A stretch of DNA of 64,000 nt from an uncultured Eubacteriales bacterium. Its GTDB lineage: Bacteria; Acidobacteriota; Aminicenantia; Aminicenantales; Aminicenantaceae. Within the stretch, counting starts at the first letter, position 1; each line of letters opens with the position of its first letter. Shown here piece by piece: positions 29,132 to 39,552 of the stretch. A model generated the notes under the pieces. It did no database searches, had not been told where the DNA came from, and saw only the letters and a program-made list of their open reading frames with translations. The stretch covers positions 4,720 to 68,719 of the forward strand of contig CAZSZS010000107.1 of the NCBI GenBank assembly GCA_964611275.1, read 5' to 3'. The translations under genes and the position numbers were made by a program.

Positions 29132-30415
29132 ATGGATTCAAATAAATTTAGCTGGAATCCTTATGCGGACCAACCGCATAATGTCGCCTCCAGGTCACAG
29201 CGTTTCAAAGCGCACTTTTCCTATGCAGGAAGTTATTTGAGGATGGCAACCGCAAACCTGCAGAAATTGGTCCCCGTCCTCATACGATACAGAGCATACA
29301 GGAGGACACTCCATAAAAAGTGCGTGCCTATCGGAGATCCTTTTGCTGTTTCGGTCTCTCTATTAAATGGAAAGGAAGATGATATTTTACAGGCATTAAA
29401 AGAGACAGGAGTGAACCACACCTTGGTGCGTGTCCCTTCATGGGAAAGGGACCGGCTCCATGAATACGAAGTATTTATCGATAGGCTCAGAAACAGCGGG
29501 ATGGATGTGGTCATTGCCTTGCTCCAGAACCGCGAAGACGTGCTTGACAAAAAAAGATGGATCGATTTTCTCAACCGTGTATTTTCCCGTTTTTCTAGCA
29601 AAAGCCTGTTTTTTGAGGTCGGCCATGCCTGGAACCGGACAAAATGGGGATTGTGGGATTACAGGGAGTATCTGGAGCTTGCGGGACCTGCTTTCTCAGC
29701 CGCACGAACTTACGGAGTGAACTTATTAGGTCCGGCTGTCATTGATTTTGAGTTTCATTTATATCCTCCTGTTTTGAAGGCGGTCGATTTTGATGCCATC
29801 ACGTCTCTTCTTTATGTGGACCGGGTAGGAGCCCCTGAAAACAACCAGTTCGGTTGGGACCTTTCAAAAAAAATCACCTTATTGAAAGCAGCGGTTGACC
29901 AGTGCAGCCGAAAAGGAAAGGAACTGTGGATCACCGAATTCAACTGGCCCTTAAAGGGAACTGGAAAATATTCACCTGCTTCAGGAAAACCGAATGTTTC
30001 TGAGGAACAGCAGGCGAATTTTCTTGTCCGCTATTTTATACTGGCTTTATCCACTGGAATGGTCAAAAGGATATACTGGTGGCAGCTTGCGGCTCCGGGA
30101 TACGGGCTTATAGACAACCATGGGAAACAGTGGAGGAAAAGGCCTTCTTTTTTGGCCTTAAAAACGCTTGTGGCTCACTTGAGAAACAGTGAATTTATAA
30201 GAAAAGAAATGAATGCCGATGCAGAGATATTCCTCTTAAGAAAAAACAAGGATGTATTGGCGGCGTGCTGGACCAAAAAAGGACGTTTGGTCCATTCCTT
30301 TTCTGATAGGATTTTAAAAGTGCTGGACAGGGATGGAAAAACGGTTGATTTTTCAGGCAGCAGTATTGTGTTAACTGAAAAACCGGTGTATGTTTCTTTT
30401 GAATCAAGGGAATAG
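29132..30415 (+). CDS. cytoplasmic TIM-barrel glycoside-hydrolase-like protein (GH5/GH39-like catalytic Glu pair)
   Basis: FEVGHAWNR (acid/base-like) and WITEFNWP (nucleophile-like) motifs. No signal peptide. GAGG ribosome-binding site before the ATG at 29132. Confidence 0.4.
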   Translation: MDSNKFSWNPYADQPHNVASRSQRFKAHFSYAGSYLRMATANLQKLVPVLIRYRAYRRTLHKKCVPIGDPFAVSVSLLNGKEDDILQALKETGVNHTLVRVPSWERDRLHEYEVFIDRLRNSGMDVVIALLQNREDVLDKKRWIDFLNRVFSRFSSKSLFFEVGHAWNRTKWGLWDYREYLELAGPAFSAARTYGVNLLGPAVIDFEFHLYPPVLKAVDFDAITSLLYVDRVGAPENNQFGWDLSKKITLLKAAVDQCSRKGKELWITEFNWPLKGTGKYSPASGKPNVSEEQQANFLVRYFILALSTGMVKRIYWWQLAAPGYGLIDNHGKQWRKRPSFLALKTLVAHLRNSEFIRKEMNADAEIFLLRKNKDVLAACWTKKGRLVHSFSDRILKVLDRDGKTVDFSGSSIVLTEKPVYVSFESRE

Positions 30416-30471
30416 CCTGGATTAAGAATCCGGGAAGAATCCTGAAAAGAGAGGATGTGAGACGAGAAGAT

Positions 30472-31146
30472 ATGTCTTTTAAAGATCATGAAGTCCTTGA
30501 TTACGAGAAGAAGAGATACAGAGGTTTTGACCAGAAGATAGTGGACTGGCGAGAGAGAAGGGTCATAAAAAAATTGATAAAGGAAGCAAAGGGGGAAGCC
30601 GAAAAGGTCCTTGACCTTCCGTGTGGATACGGCAGGTTTTCTGAGTTACTCAAAGAGGAAACTCCCTGCCTTATTAGCGGAGACCAATCTTTTTCCATGG
30701 TCAAAAGAGCAATGCGAAACCGGGCCGCCTCGAATATGGATTCCGGGAAGGGAGCGGTGTGTGATGCTGTTGAGGGACTGCCTTTTAAAGCAGGGGCATT
30801 TGACGGCATTTTTTCCATGAGGTTCTTTCATCATCTCCACACAAGGAATGCTCGATTGAAAGTGATGAAAGAATTTTTCCGCACCTCATCGGATTGGATT
30901 ATCATCTCTTTCTACAGTCTGAACCCGGTTCACAAATTTCAGAGAAGGATGAGAAAGGCGGCGGGAAAGAGCAGGACCGATATCAACATGATGTCACAAA
31001 AGGATTTTGTTTCGGAAGCCGAAGAGGCAGGACTTAATGTCAAAAGGATATGCCCTTTGTTCAAGGGGATGCATTCCCAGCATATAGCCTTACTTAAAAA
31101 GACTGAATTTTATCCTGAAGCCGGCCTGAAGGGAAAGGCCGGATAA
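30472..31146 (+). CDS. class I SAM-dependent methyltransferase
   Basis: Motif I (VLDLPCGYGRF) and motif II (DGIFSM). The start is ambiguous: GTG at 30457 or ATG at 30472. Confidence 0.65.
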   Translation: MSFKDHEVLDYEKKRYRGFDQKIVDWRERRVIKKLIKEAKGEAEKVLDLPCGYGRFSELLKEETPCLISGDQSFSMVKRAMRNRAASNMDSGKGAVCDAVEGLPFKAGAFDGIFSMRFFHHLHTRNARLKVMKEFFRTSSDWIIISFYSLNPVHKFQRRMRKAAGKSRTDINMMSQKDFVSEAEEAGLNVKRICPLFKGMHSQHIALLKKTEFYPEAGLKGKAG

Positions 31147-32301
31147 ATCAATAGAGGCCCTCTCCGGGTCTGAAACCCCGTATCCGGATGGTGTTTTATC
31201 CCTCACGAAAACAAGGGGAAAAGTATTCTTATTAAGCACTTCTCCCTGATAAATGTACATGTATCCTTTTTCCTTGTATTCAACGTCGGTGGAATCCCTA
31301 TAAAGACCTTCTCCCTTGAGGTTGTTGGCTACGGCATAACGGCCGGAGGCTTCTAGGAACACACTCAAAAAACGGCCAAAGTCATGGACAAATCCCAGCC
31401 CCAGATATCCTCCGATTTGACCTGAGTCAGCTTTTCCGTTCCATTCCTGCCAGGTATCGTTTTCAGTCATTCTATACAGATAGGAGCATTCAGTGAAAAT
31501 GTATTCGATCCCCCCTTTTATATAAAATTCTGGTCGGATGTGATAGAGGAGAAAGATTCTGACCGGAAGAACCTTTATTTCCGGCCGGGTTTGAATAGTG
31601 ACGGAGACAGGCTGTGAAAAATTGACTGAGGTTTCTTTCTTTCCGAAATAGTAGTCAGCTCCGACCCCAAAATGAAGCACTGATCCCAGCGGCACACTCA
31701 CCTCTCCTCCGAATATGCAGTTCAGGTTTAGAGGCTGGAATTTCCCGCTTTTTTCTGCCTCAAGAGTGCTTTGATAGTAGTCAATAAAGCCTTCGGCTCC
31801 CTCATTTATGTCCCCCACTATTGAATAATTCGCTCCGCCTGAAATATTTATGTGGATTTGAGAAACGGGAGGCAGGCCGGGGACTTTTTTTGTTGAGGGA
31901 TTGGGAACCGGTTTTGAGGTTATGATTTTTTCCTTTTTTACGGGAATTTGCTTTGCTTCCACTTTCCGGAGAGGCTTCTCTTTTTCCTCTTCTGTGACCG
32001 GAGCTGAGGATCGGATTTTTTTTACGAGACTTTCATGCACATAGCCTTCGATTGTTTTTTCGTCATCAAGAGTGATCCTTATATGGTACCAGGGGCCTTC
32101 CTGCCCGAGAACATCCATGGTCGTTCCCTGAGAGGCAAGATGAATGATAGGGCTTCCTATATCAGGTTCTTCCCTTATATTGGCCAGCTCAGTGACCACC
32201 TCAAGCTTGATGACCTGACCCTGGGGGATACCATAGAGAAGACTAAAAAGTAATGATTGAACTAAAAAAATAAGTAATATAAAATAATATTTTCTTTTCA
32301 T
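31090..32301 (-). CDS. SH3b-domain protein fused to a porin-like outer-membrane beta-barrel
   Basis: Signal peptide, a bacterial SH3 domain (ANIREEPDIGSPIIHLASQGTTMDVL), a Pro/Lys-rich linker, and a C-terminal beta-barrel ending in an aromatic residue. Confidence 0.55.
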   Translation of the reverse strand: MKRKYYFILLIFLVQSLLFSLLYGIPQGQVIKLEVVTELANIREEPDIGSPIIHLASQGTTMDVLGQEGPWYHIRITLDDEKTIEGYVHESLVKKIRSSAPVTEEEKEKPLRKVEAKQIPVKKEKIITSKPVPNPSTKKVPGLPPVSQIHINISGGANYSIVGDINEGAEGFIDYYQSTLEAEKSGKFQPLNLNCIFGGEVSVPLGSVLHFGVGADYYFGKKETSVNFSQPVSVTIQTRPEIKVLPVRIFLLYHIRPEFYIKGGIEYIFTECSYLYRMTENDTWQEWNGKADSGQIGGYLGLGFVHDFGRFLSVFLEASGRYAVANNLKGEGLYRDSTDVEYKEKGYMYIYQGEVLNKNTFPLVFVRDKTPSGYGVSDPERASIDLSGLSLQAGFRIKFSLFK

Positions 32302-32428
32302 TCCTTTCACTTTGACCGTCCTTTGAAGGGAATTATAGAAGAGGGTCATTTAACTGTCAAGAAACATAAGAGAAGATACTTTAATAAAAATGGAAAAAGA
32401 TGGTATCATAAAAAAAACGGTGACAGTC

Positions 32429-33217
32429 ATGAAGAGCAAAAAAGAAATCATAGTCTTTTTTGTTGTGGGTTTTTTTATTTTTTCCGCATATCTCAAGGCT
32501 CTAAATGAACCGAAGATAATCTTTGATAATGAAAAAATTGATTTTGGCAGGGCTAAACAGGGAGCCGAACTGACACACAAGTTTTCATTTGAAAATGCTG
32601 GCGGTTCACTTCTTGCAATTGAAAAGATCAGGACATCTTGTGGCTGCACAGCCGCTCTTGCGTCCAAGGAGAGCCTGAAGCCAGGAGAGAAAGGGAATAT
32701 AGAAGTAACCTTTAACACAAGGGGTTACAGTGGGGAAGTATCCAAATACGTCTATGTGTATACCAATGATCCTGGGAGTCCACGGGTCATGTTATCGGTT
32801 TCCGCTCATATTGAAGTTCCGCCGGGTCCTAAAATAAAGCTTGATAGAACCAGTGAGGATATCGGTCTGGTAATCGAAGGGGATGCTATCCAGTCTGGAT
32901 TGGAGATAAAAAACACGGGCGAGCTTGAACTGGATGTGGAATTTTCTCATAAAGATGCCCGGTTTTTTCATGACGGTAAAGAGATAAAGAAGTCGCTGAA
33001 GATAGCCTCAGGCAAGCAAATATATGTTGATATAAAGGTAGGCACTCCTGCACAAGCAGGTTCCATCAGAGAGTATATCCTGTTAAAGACCAATGATCCT
33101 GTGCGCTCCACTCTTTCTTTTTACATAAGGGGCTATGCGGTCACTGAGAAACAGCTTAAAGAACTTTTTGAAAAATACAAACATTTGATCAGAGATAAAG
33201 CAAAAGGATACGGATGA
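32429..33217 (+). CDS. DUF1573 domain protein (two Ig-like repeats, CGCT motif)
   Basis: Signal anchor and an RTSCGCTA motif characteristic of DUF1573. Confidence 0.55.
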   Translation: MKSKKEIIVFFVVGFFIFSAYLKALNEPKIIFDNEKIDFGRAKQGAELTHKFSFENAGGSLLAIEKIRTSCGCTAALASKESLKPGEKGNIEVTFNTRGYSGEVSKYVYVYTNDPGSPRVMLSVSAHIEVPPGPKIKLDRTSEDIGLVIEGDAIQSGLEIKNTGELELDVEFSHKDARFFHDGKEIKKSLKIASGKQIYVDIKVGTPAQAGSIREYILLKTNDPVRSTLSFYIRGYAVTEKQLKELFEKYKHLIRDKAKGYG

Positions 33218-33537
33218 TTTTTTTTGCCAAGTTATTGTACGCTGTATCAAGAATCGCTCACTATATCCTGAACATATATGTATGGATTATCTTTGCTCAT
33301 GTCGTTCTTTCATGGATCAGAACACCTTCCCTCTATCAGATAAGATTGATTCTTTATAAGTTAACCGAACCGGTTTTAGCCCCGATCAGAAAGTTAGTGC
33401 CGCCTTATAAGTTCGGGGGACTGGATATCAGTCCCATCATTGCGTTTGTATTGATCCTTCTGATCGATAGGATTGTCCTGGGGTCTCTCTCTCTCTCTGC
33501 GGTTCAGCTTCTAGGCCCGAGGACTTATTCGTTCTAG
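33214..33537 (+). CDS. YggT family membrane protein
   Basis: YggT/Ycf19 signature with a two-transmembrane repeat. Partnered with yggU-like as in many genomes. Confidence 0.75.
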   Translation: MIFFAKLLYAVSRIAHYILNIYVWIIFAHVVLSWIRTPSLYQIRLILYKLTEPVLAPIRKLVPPYKFGGLDISPIIAFVLILLIDRIVLGSLSLSAVQLLGPRTYSF

Positions 33538-33597
33538 CTTTTTAAAATGTTTGTGAATATATATACGCTGTCCAGCCTGTTCAGGAGAAAGTAAACG

Positions 33598-33825
33598 GTG
33601 CGCATTTCCGTAAAGGTCAATCCCAAATCCGTAAAACCGGGGATAGAAAGACTCGGAGACAGCGTGTTCAAAATTAAAGTAAAGTCTGCTCCTGAAAAGG
33701 GGAAAGCAAACAAAGAGGTCGTGGAGATAATCGCTGATTATTTTCATGTCCCAAAGTCAACGGTCCGTATTCTCAGAGGTCATACCGCTCAAACAAAGAT
33801 GATCGAGATCACGGGTCTTGAATGA
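33598..33825 (+). CDS. DUF167 (YggU/UPF0235) protein
   Basis: A 75-aa protein, RISVKVNPKS…GKANKEVV…ILRG, matching DUF167. GTG start with an AGGAG ribosome-binding site. Confidence 0.75.
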   Translation: MRISVKVNPKSVKPGIERLGDSVFKIKVKSAPEKGKANKEVVEIIADYFHVPKSTVRILRGHTAQTKMIEITGLE

Positions 33826-33870
33826 GTTAAAGGATATGGTTGAGGACGAGACTATGAGGTGACAAACGGC

Positions 33871-35181
33871 ATGGGGATTTATAATTTTGTAAGCCTTCTG
33901 GGTGTTTTTGCCATTGCCGTGTTTGCATGGTTGTGTTCATCAAACCGGCGCGTTATTAATTGGCGGGTTATATTCTGGGGGGTCATGCTTCAGTTCCTCA
34001 TCGCTGTTTTTATCTTTGTGCTTCCGGTGGGAGCAAAATTTTTTCTTTTCATAAATAATCTGGTCGTATCTGTTCTGGACAGCGCCAAAGAAGGGGCTGA
34101 GTTCGTCTTCGGACGTCTGGCCTTAGCACCGGGAGAGACAAATGAAGCCGGTGAGACTTCCCTTGGTTCTTTTCTGGCCTTTCAGGCTCTTCCGACCATA
34201 ATTTTTTTTGCTGCCCTGGTTTCAGCTCTCTATTATCTGAAAATTATGCCTTTGATTATAAAAGGGTTTTCTTATGTTTTTACCAAACTGATGAGGATCA
34301 GCGGTGCGGAATCCCTCAGTGCGTCAAGCAACATTTTTGTAGGGATCGAATCCTCTCTGGTGATAAAACCTCACCTGGATGATATGACAAAGTCTGAATT
34401 GACGACTGTTCTGGCTGCAGGGATGGGCACCATAGCTTCGAGTGTGCTTGCCCTTTATGTGTTCACTCTTCAGGAACAGCTGCCGACCATTGCAGGGCAT
34501 CTTGTATCTGCCTCCCTTCTTTCTGCACCTGCTGCTGTCGTAATGTCCAAGCTGATTGTCCCGGAAACAGAGAAACCAAGGACCTTAGGTGTGGATGTGA
34601 AGCCGTACTATAAAAAAGAAGACAATCTTGTCGCGGCCATTGTCGAAGGAGCCAACAGCGGACTGCGGCTTCTTGGAGGGATCATTGCGCTTCTTATCGC
34701 ATTTCTAGGATTGGTTGCTCTTTTGAATTTGATTCTAGGCTGGGGAGGAGAGAATATAAACCATCTTTTCAACATAAACTTTGATTGGTCCCTTAGATCG
34801 ATCTTGGGTTATGTGTTTTACCCTTTTACTTTGGTACTGGGAGTTCCTCCGGGCGATGCTTTTGAAGTCGCTAAACTTCTTGGAGAGAGGACAGTGGCGA
34901 CAGAGGTGGTCTCATATCAAAATTTGTCACAGCTTATGGCCGATGATGTCCTTATTCATTCCCGTTCTGCCATCATTGCTTCGTACGCTCTATGTGGATT
35001 CGCTCATTTCGCATCATTGGCTATTTTTATTGGGGGGATAAGCGCTCTGGCCCCGAAAAGATTAAAGGATCTTTCAAGGGTGGGACTCAGGGCCTTACTT
35101 GCCGCAACGCTCGCATGTCTTATGACAGGCGCTGTTGCAGGGATATTTTTCTCCTCGGGCTCTCTCCTGTTGGGAAATTGA
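33871..35181 (+). CDS. NupC/CNT-family concentrative nucleoside transporter
   Basis: N-terminal RRxINWRxVxWG…LQF motif and typical CNT topology. Confidence 0.75.
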   Translation: MGIYNFVSLLGVFAIAVFAWLCSSNRRVINWRVIFWGVMLQFLIAVFIFVLPVGAKFFLFINNLVVSVLDSAKEGAEFVFGRLALAPGETNEAGETSLGSFLAFQALPTIIFFAALVSALYYLKIMPLIIKGFSYVFTKLMRISGAESLSASSNIFVGIESSLVIKPHLDDMTKSELTTVLAAGMGTIASSVLALYVFTLQEQLPTIAGHLVSASLLSAPAAVVMSKLIVPETEKPRTLGVDVKPYYKKEDNLVAAIVEGANSGLRLLGGIIALLIAFLGLVALLNLILGWGGENINHLFNINFDWSLRSILGYVFYPFTLVLGVPPGDAFEVAKLLGERTVATEVVSYQNLSQLMADDVLIHSRSAIIASYALCGFAHFASLAIFIGGISALAPKRLKDLSRVGLRALLAATLACLMTGAVAGIFFSSGSLLLGN

Positions 35182-35256
35182 TGCGTTCTTATTACAACTT
35201 GCGTTTTCGTTTTTTCTTGTTACAATAATTTCGAAATCCCTAAAATAAAAGAGAAC

Positions 35257-36357
35257 TTGGAACAAAATCTTAGATACTGGATTGCTTTTAATCATCTCTT
35301 TGCAGAAGATCTAGGTTCTGCACAAAAGATATTTCAACATTTTTCTTCTGTTAAAGACATATTTGAATCACCAGCTGAAGATTTTACAGGCTTGGGTCTT
35401 AAAAAAGAAATCACTGAGTCCATAAAATCTCCAAAAACGATTGAAAAGGCCGTAAGAGAGCTTGACAGAATAAATAAAAAGGGCTATACAGTCCTAACTA
35501 TAGAGGATGACAGATATCCTGAGTATTTAAGAGAAATTTTTGATCCTCCGTACGTCCTTTATTGTGCAGGCGATCTGGATGTGCTGAAGAAACCTGCCGT
35601 TTCCATTGTGGGGGCCAGAATATCGTCACCTTATGGGAGAGCGGTAGCGGAGAGGCTGGCTTTTGAGTTAGCTTCCCGCGGTATCTTGATTGTCAGCGGC
35701 ATGGCGCGCGGGATCGACTCCATGGCTCACTGGGGTGCGTTAAAAGGAGGTAAAACAGTGGCTGTGCTAGGTTCTGGGATGAATAATATTTATCCCAGAG
35801 AAAACAAGAGGCTTTTTGATAAGATCATTGAATCAGGGGCCGTTATCACAGAATATCCTTTAAACTCAATGCCTCTTGGATTTCATTTTCCGTTAAGGAA
35901 CAGGATTATCAGCGGCCTGTCTATGGCTGTGGTTGTGGTGGAAGCTGCAGAGAGGAGCGGGTCGCTTATTTCGGCCAGACTCGCTCTGGAACAGAACAGG
36001 GAAGTGATGGCCGTTCCCGGCAACATTACGTCAAAGCTGAGTAGGGGAACGAACTGGTTGATAAAAAACGGCGCAAAACTTATAGAAGAGTGGGAGGATA
36101 TTATTGAAGAGCTGCCTTCCTATGTCAAAGAGGGCATGGATTTGGAGCCTGAGACAAAAGAGCAGGAGAAAGTGAAGTTAAGTCCCCGGGAGGAAGATAT
36201 TATCAGGCCTCTTAAGACAGACGCTCTGACCCATATAGATATTATCGTAAAAAAAACCGGTTTAAGTGTATCCGAAGTTTTGTCGGTCCTGTTGCAACTG
36301 GAGCTTAAAGGGATTGTCACCCAGAGCCCCGGAAAATATTTTCAAAGGAAATGGTAA
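35257..36357 (+). CDS. dprA: DNA-processing protein DprA (Smf)
   Basis: Rossmann-like DprA core (GARISSPYG…SGMARGIDSMAH) and a C-terminal winged-helix domain. Apparent TTG start. Confidence 0.8.
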   Translation: MEQNLRYWIAFNHLFAEDLGSAQKIFQHFSSVKDIFESPAEDFTGLGLKKEITESIKSPKTIEKAVRELDRINKKGYTVLTIEDDRYPEYLREIFDPPYVLYCAGDLDVLKKPAVSIVGARISSPYGRAVAERLAFELASRGILIVSGMARGIDSMAHWGALKGGKTVAVLGSGMNNIYPRENKRLFDKIIESGAVITEYPLNSMPLGFHFPLRNRIISGLSMAVVVVEAAERSGSLISARLALEQNREVMAVPGNITSKLSRGTNWLIKNGAKLIEEWEDIIEELPSYVKEGMDLEPETKEQEKVKLSPREEDIIRPLKTDALTHIDIIVKKTGLSVSEVLSVLLQLELKGIVTQSPGKYFQRKW

Positions 36358-38639
36358 TGAACAAAAAATTAGTAATTGTGGAATCTCCGGCAAAAGCGAG
36401 AACCGTAAACCGCTATCTGGGCTCAGATTGCTCAGTCAGAGCTTCATATGGCCACATTCGGGACCTCCCTGAGAAGAGTCTGGGAGTGGATATTGACAAT
36501 GATTTCGAGCCTGAGTACAGAATAATACCGGCAAGGAAGAAGATGGTATCGCAGCTTCAGAAAGAAGCTGAAAAAAGTGATTCTGTCATATTAGCTGCGG
36601 ATCCGGACAGGGAGGGCGAGGCCATCTGCTGGCATTTATCAGAGGTCTTAAAGAAATACAATAAAGAGATCCACCGGGTTCTTTTTCATGAAATAACAAA
36701 GAAGGCAGTGGAAGGAGCCTTTAAAAGATTTCTTTCATTGGATGAAGATAAAATTGAGGCCCAACAGGCAAGGAGGATACTGGATAGACTCGTGGGATAC
36801 AGGATAAGCCCGCTCCTGTGGAAGAAGATCGGCAAAGGCTTGAGTGCGGGAAGAGTCCAGTCAATCGCCCTTCGTTTGATTTGCGAACGGGAGAAAGAAA
36901 TTAATGATTTTATTCCGAAGGAATTCTGGGACATCACAGCTCAGCTCAGAGCTTCATCTCTTCCTGTATTTAAAGCTGGTCTTGTAAAGATCAAAGGGAA
37001 AAAAGCCGAGGTCAAGGATGGCAAGACAGCAAAAAAGATATTATCCGATCTGGAAAAAGCCCGGTTTGTGCTTGAGGATTTAAAGGTAAAATTAAAGAAA
37101 AAAAATCCCTATCCCCCTTATATAACAAGCACGCTCCAACAAGATAGTTACCGCATCAATAGGTTTCCTGTAAAGAAGACCATGATGATCGCTCAAAAGC
37201 TTTACGAGGGAAAGGAAATAGGGGGAAGAGGATTAGTGGGTCTTATCACCTATATGAGAACAGATTCTGTCCGGATTTCAGAAGAGGCTTTGAGAAAAGG
37301 ACGGGCCTATATAAAGAAAAAGTTTAGTGGGGATTCCTTCTCGCGTACAGAAAATGGTGATAATCCTTATCTTTCAAATACTCCAAGGAGGTTCAAAAAC
37401 AAGAAAAAAGCTCAGGATGCTCACGAGGCCATACGGCCTACTTCTTTTGATCTTCCTCCTGAAACTGTGGAGCCGTATTTAAACAGAGATGAGCTCAGAA
37501 TTTATTCCATGATATGGAAACGTTTTATCGCATCTCAAATGAGCCCTGCCAAAATTGAAGAAACGGTCTTTGAAATAAAGGCCGGGGATTATCATTTTCG
37601 GGCTAAGGGAGAGGTCATGAAGTTCAAAGGATTCCTTGCTGTCTATCCAGATATGAAGAGCAAGGATGAAAGGCTCCCCCCTGCAGAGAAAGGCGAACAC
37701 CTTAAACTGGAAAAACTAGACAGCGAACAGAAATTTACCCAGCCTCCCCCCCGTTATTCCGAAGGAACGCTTGTTAAAGAACTGGAATCCAGAGGTATCG
37801 GGCGTCCCAGCACTTATGCACCTATTATATCCACGATTCAAGGAAGAGAATATGTTTCAAAGAGCAAAGGAAGGTTTATCCCTACCGAGGTGGGCATATT
37901 TGTCAATGATTATCTCATCGAGAACTTTCCCGATCTAATGAAGTTTGAGTTTACAGCCCAGCTTGAAGAGGCTCTTGACCTGATAAGTGAGGGAGAAAAA
38001 AATTGGAGGGAATATATAAGATCTTATAATGAACTTCTTGATGAGGATTTAGAAAAAGCAGAAAAAAAAGAGGGAGTGAAGTCCAAAGGCATTCCTTCCG
38101 AAGAGAAATGTCCTGAATGCGGCCGGCCGCTGGTCATAAAATCCGGAAAATATGGAAAGTTCAAAGCCTGCTCAGGTTTTCCCGAATGCCGTTATAAAAA
38201 AAGCCTAAATACCAAAGAAGTAAAGCCGGTAGACGAGAAATGTCCCCAATGCGGTTCCCAACTTGTCCTTCGTCAGGGGCGTTACGGGTCTTTCGTCGCT
38301 TGTTCGAATTATCCGAAATGCAAATATATCAAAAAGGAAAAAAAGGATACCGGGATAGGATGTCCTGAATGCAGCGGCACGATTGTGATGAAAAAGACGA
38401 GAAAAGGAAAGGTCTTTTTTGGGTGCAGCAATTTCCCAAAATGTAAGTTCGCTTCATGGGACGAACCGGTCTCACAGCCATGTCCCGAATGCGGAAGGGT
38501 TTTGGTATTCAGGAAAAATATGATTAAAGGGAAGTCTTATTTATACTGCGGTAAAAAAGACTGTAGTTATAAGGAATTTATCGATAAAGAAAAGATATGG
38601 GAAAAAAAGGGAAGAAAGAGGTTGAGGCCAGTTGATTAA
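36351..38639 (+). CDS. topA: DNA topoisomerase I with C-terminal Zn-ribbon repeats
   Basis: TOPRIM (VIVESPAKA, DPDREGE), catalytic Tyr region, and four C4 zinc ribbons. Confidence 0.9.
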   Translation: MVMNKKLVIVESPAKARTVNRYLGSDCSVRASYGHIRDLPEKSLGVDIDNDFEPEYRIIPARKKMVSQLQKEAEKSDSVILAADPDREGEAICWHLSEVLKKYNKEIHRVLFHEITKKAVEGAFKRFLSLDEDKIEAQQARRILDRLVGYRISPLLWKKIGKGLSAGRVQSIALRLICEREKEINDFIPKEFWDITAQLRASSLPVFKAGLVKIKGKKAEVKDGKTAKKILSDLEKARFVLEDLKVKLKKKNPYPPYITSTLQQDSYRINRFPVKKTMMIAQKLYEGKEIGGRGLVGLITYMRTDSVRISEEALRKGRAYIKKKFSGDSFSRTENGDNPYLSNTPRRFKNKKKAQDAHEAIRPTSFDLPPETVEPYLNRDELRIYSMIWKRFIASQMSPAKIEETVFEIKAGDYHFRAKGEVMKFKGFLAVYPDMKSKDERLPPAEKGEHLKLEKLDSEQKFTQPPPRYSEGTLVKELESRGIGRPSTYAPIISTIQGREYVSKSKGRFIPTEVGIFVNDYLIENFPDLMKFEFTAQLEEALDLISEGEKNWREYIRSYNELLDEDLEKAEKKEGVKSKGIPSEEKCPECGRPLVIKSGKYGKFKACSGFPECRYKKSLNTKEVKPVDEKCPQCGSQLVLRQGRYGSFVACSNYPKCKYIKKEKKDTGIGCPECSGTIVMKKTRKGKVFFGCSNFPKCKFASWDEPVSQPCPECGRVLVFRKNMIKGKSYLYCGKKDCSYKEFIDKEKIWEKKGRKRLRPVD

Positions 38640-39516
38640 GGAGTTGAAGGAATTTTTAGATTATCTTGAATTAGAAAAAAATTCATCACCCCACACTTTA
38701 TCCGCTTACCGCCGTGATCTGGAGCAGTATATTTCTTTTATTGAATCAAAGAAAAAAAACTACGATCAGGCTGATAATATTTTGATTAGAAGCTTTCTTG
38801 CCTTTCTTTATAATAACAATATCAAGAAATCAAGCGCGGCAAGAAAATTGGCTGCCATACGTTCGTTTTATCAGTACTGTGTTCACAGGCGTTGGATCAA
38901 TGAAAATCCAGCCAAGGTGGTCAGTACTCCCAAGCAGGAAAAAAGCGTTCCTTCGTTTTTATCAGAAGAAGAGATGGCTGTGTTTCTGGATATTCCGGTG
39001 TCTGCCAAGCCGCTTGAGATGAGGGACAGGGCTCTTCTCGAACTGCTGTATGCTACAGGTTTTAGGGTCAGTGAATTGGTGGGGATAGATGTATCTGATA
39101 TAAATTTTGAAGATAGGCTTATCCGGGTCCGCGGAAAAGGGAAAAAAGAACGTATCGTCCCTTTTGGAAGTCAAGCTGAGAAAAAACTCAACCAATACCT
39201 AATAAAAAGATTTTTGATACATAAAGGGAAGATCGATGAAACGGCTTTATTTTTAAACTACAGGGGAGAGAGGCTAAGTGCCAGGTCAGTGCAAAGGATA
39301 GTGGATGGATATTTTAGGAAGTCTGCCATAAAGAGAAAGCTCAGCCCTCATTCTTTACGCCATTCATTTGCCTCTCATTTACTGAGCCGGGGGGCAGACC
39401 TGCGTGTCATCCAGGAGCTTTTGGGCCATGAAAGTCTGGCTACGACTCAGAAATACACCCATCTCGACTTAAAAAGACTGCTTGAGGTCTATAAAAAAAG
39501 TCATCCGCGGTCATAG
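38632..39516 (+). CDS. tyrosine recombinase XerC/XerD family
   Basis: R…HxxR…Y catalytic residues (HSLRHSFASHLL … TQKYTH). Sits downstream of dprA-topA. Confidence 0.8.
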   Translation: MIKELKEFLDYLELEKNSSPHTLSAYRRDLEQYISFIESKKKNYDQADNILIRSFLAFLYNNNIKKSSAARKLAAIRSFYQYCVHRRWINENPAKVVSTPKQEKSVPSFLSEEEMAVFLDIPVSAKPLEMRDRALLELLYATGFRVSELVGIDVSDINFEDRLIRVRGKGKKERIVPFGSQAEKKLNQYLIKRFLIHKGKIDETALFLNYRGERLSARSVQRIVDGYFRKSAIKRKLSPHSLRHSFASHLLSRGADLRVIQELLGHESLATTQKYTHLDLKRLLEVYKKSHPRS

Positions 39517-39525
39517 AATCCGACA

Positions 39526-39550
39526 GAAGAGAGGGGTTTTCCCTCTCTTC
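39526..39550. terminator. bidirectional hairpin GAAGAGAGGG-gtttt-CCCTCTCTTC between convergent xer and comEA genes
   Basis: 10-bp perfect stem. No strong U-tract. Confidence 0.4.
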
Positions 39551-39552
39551 CG

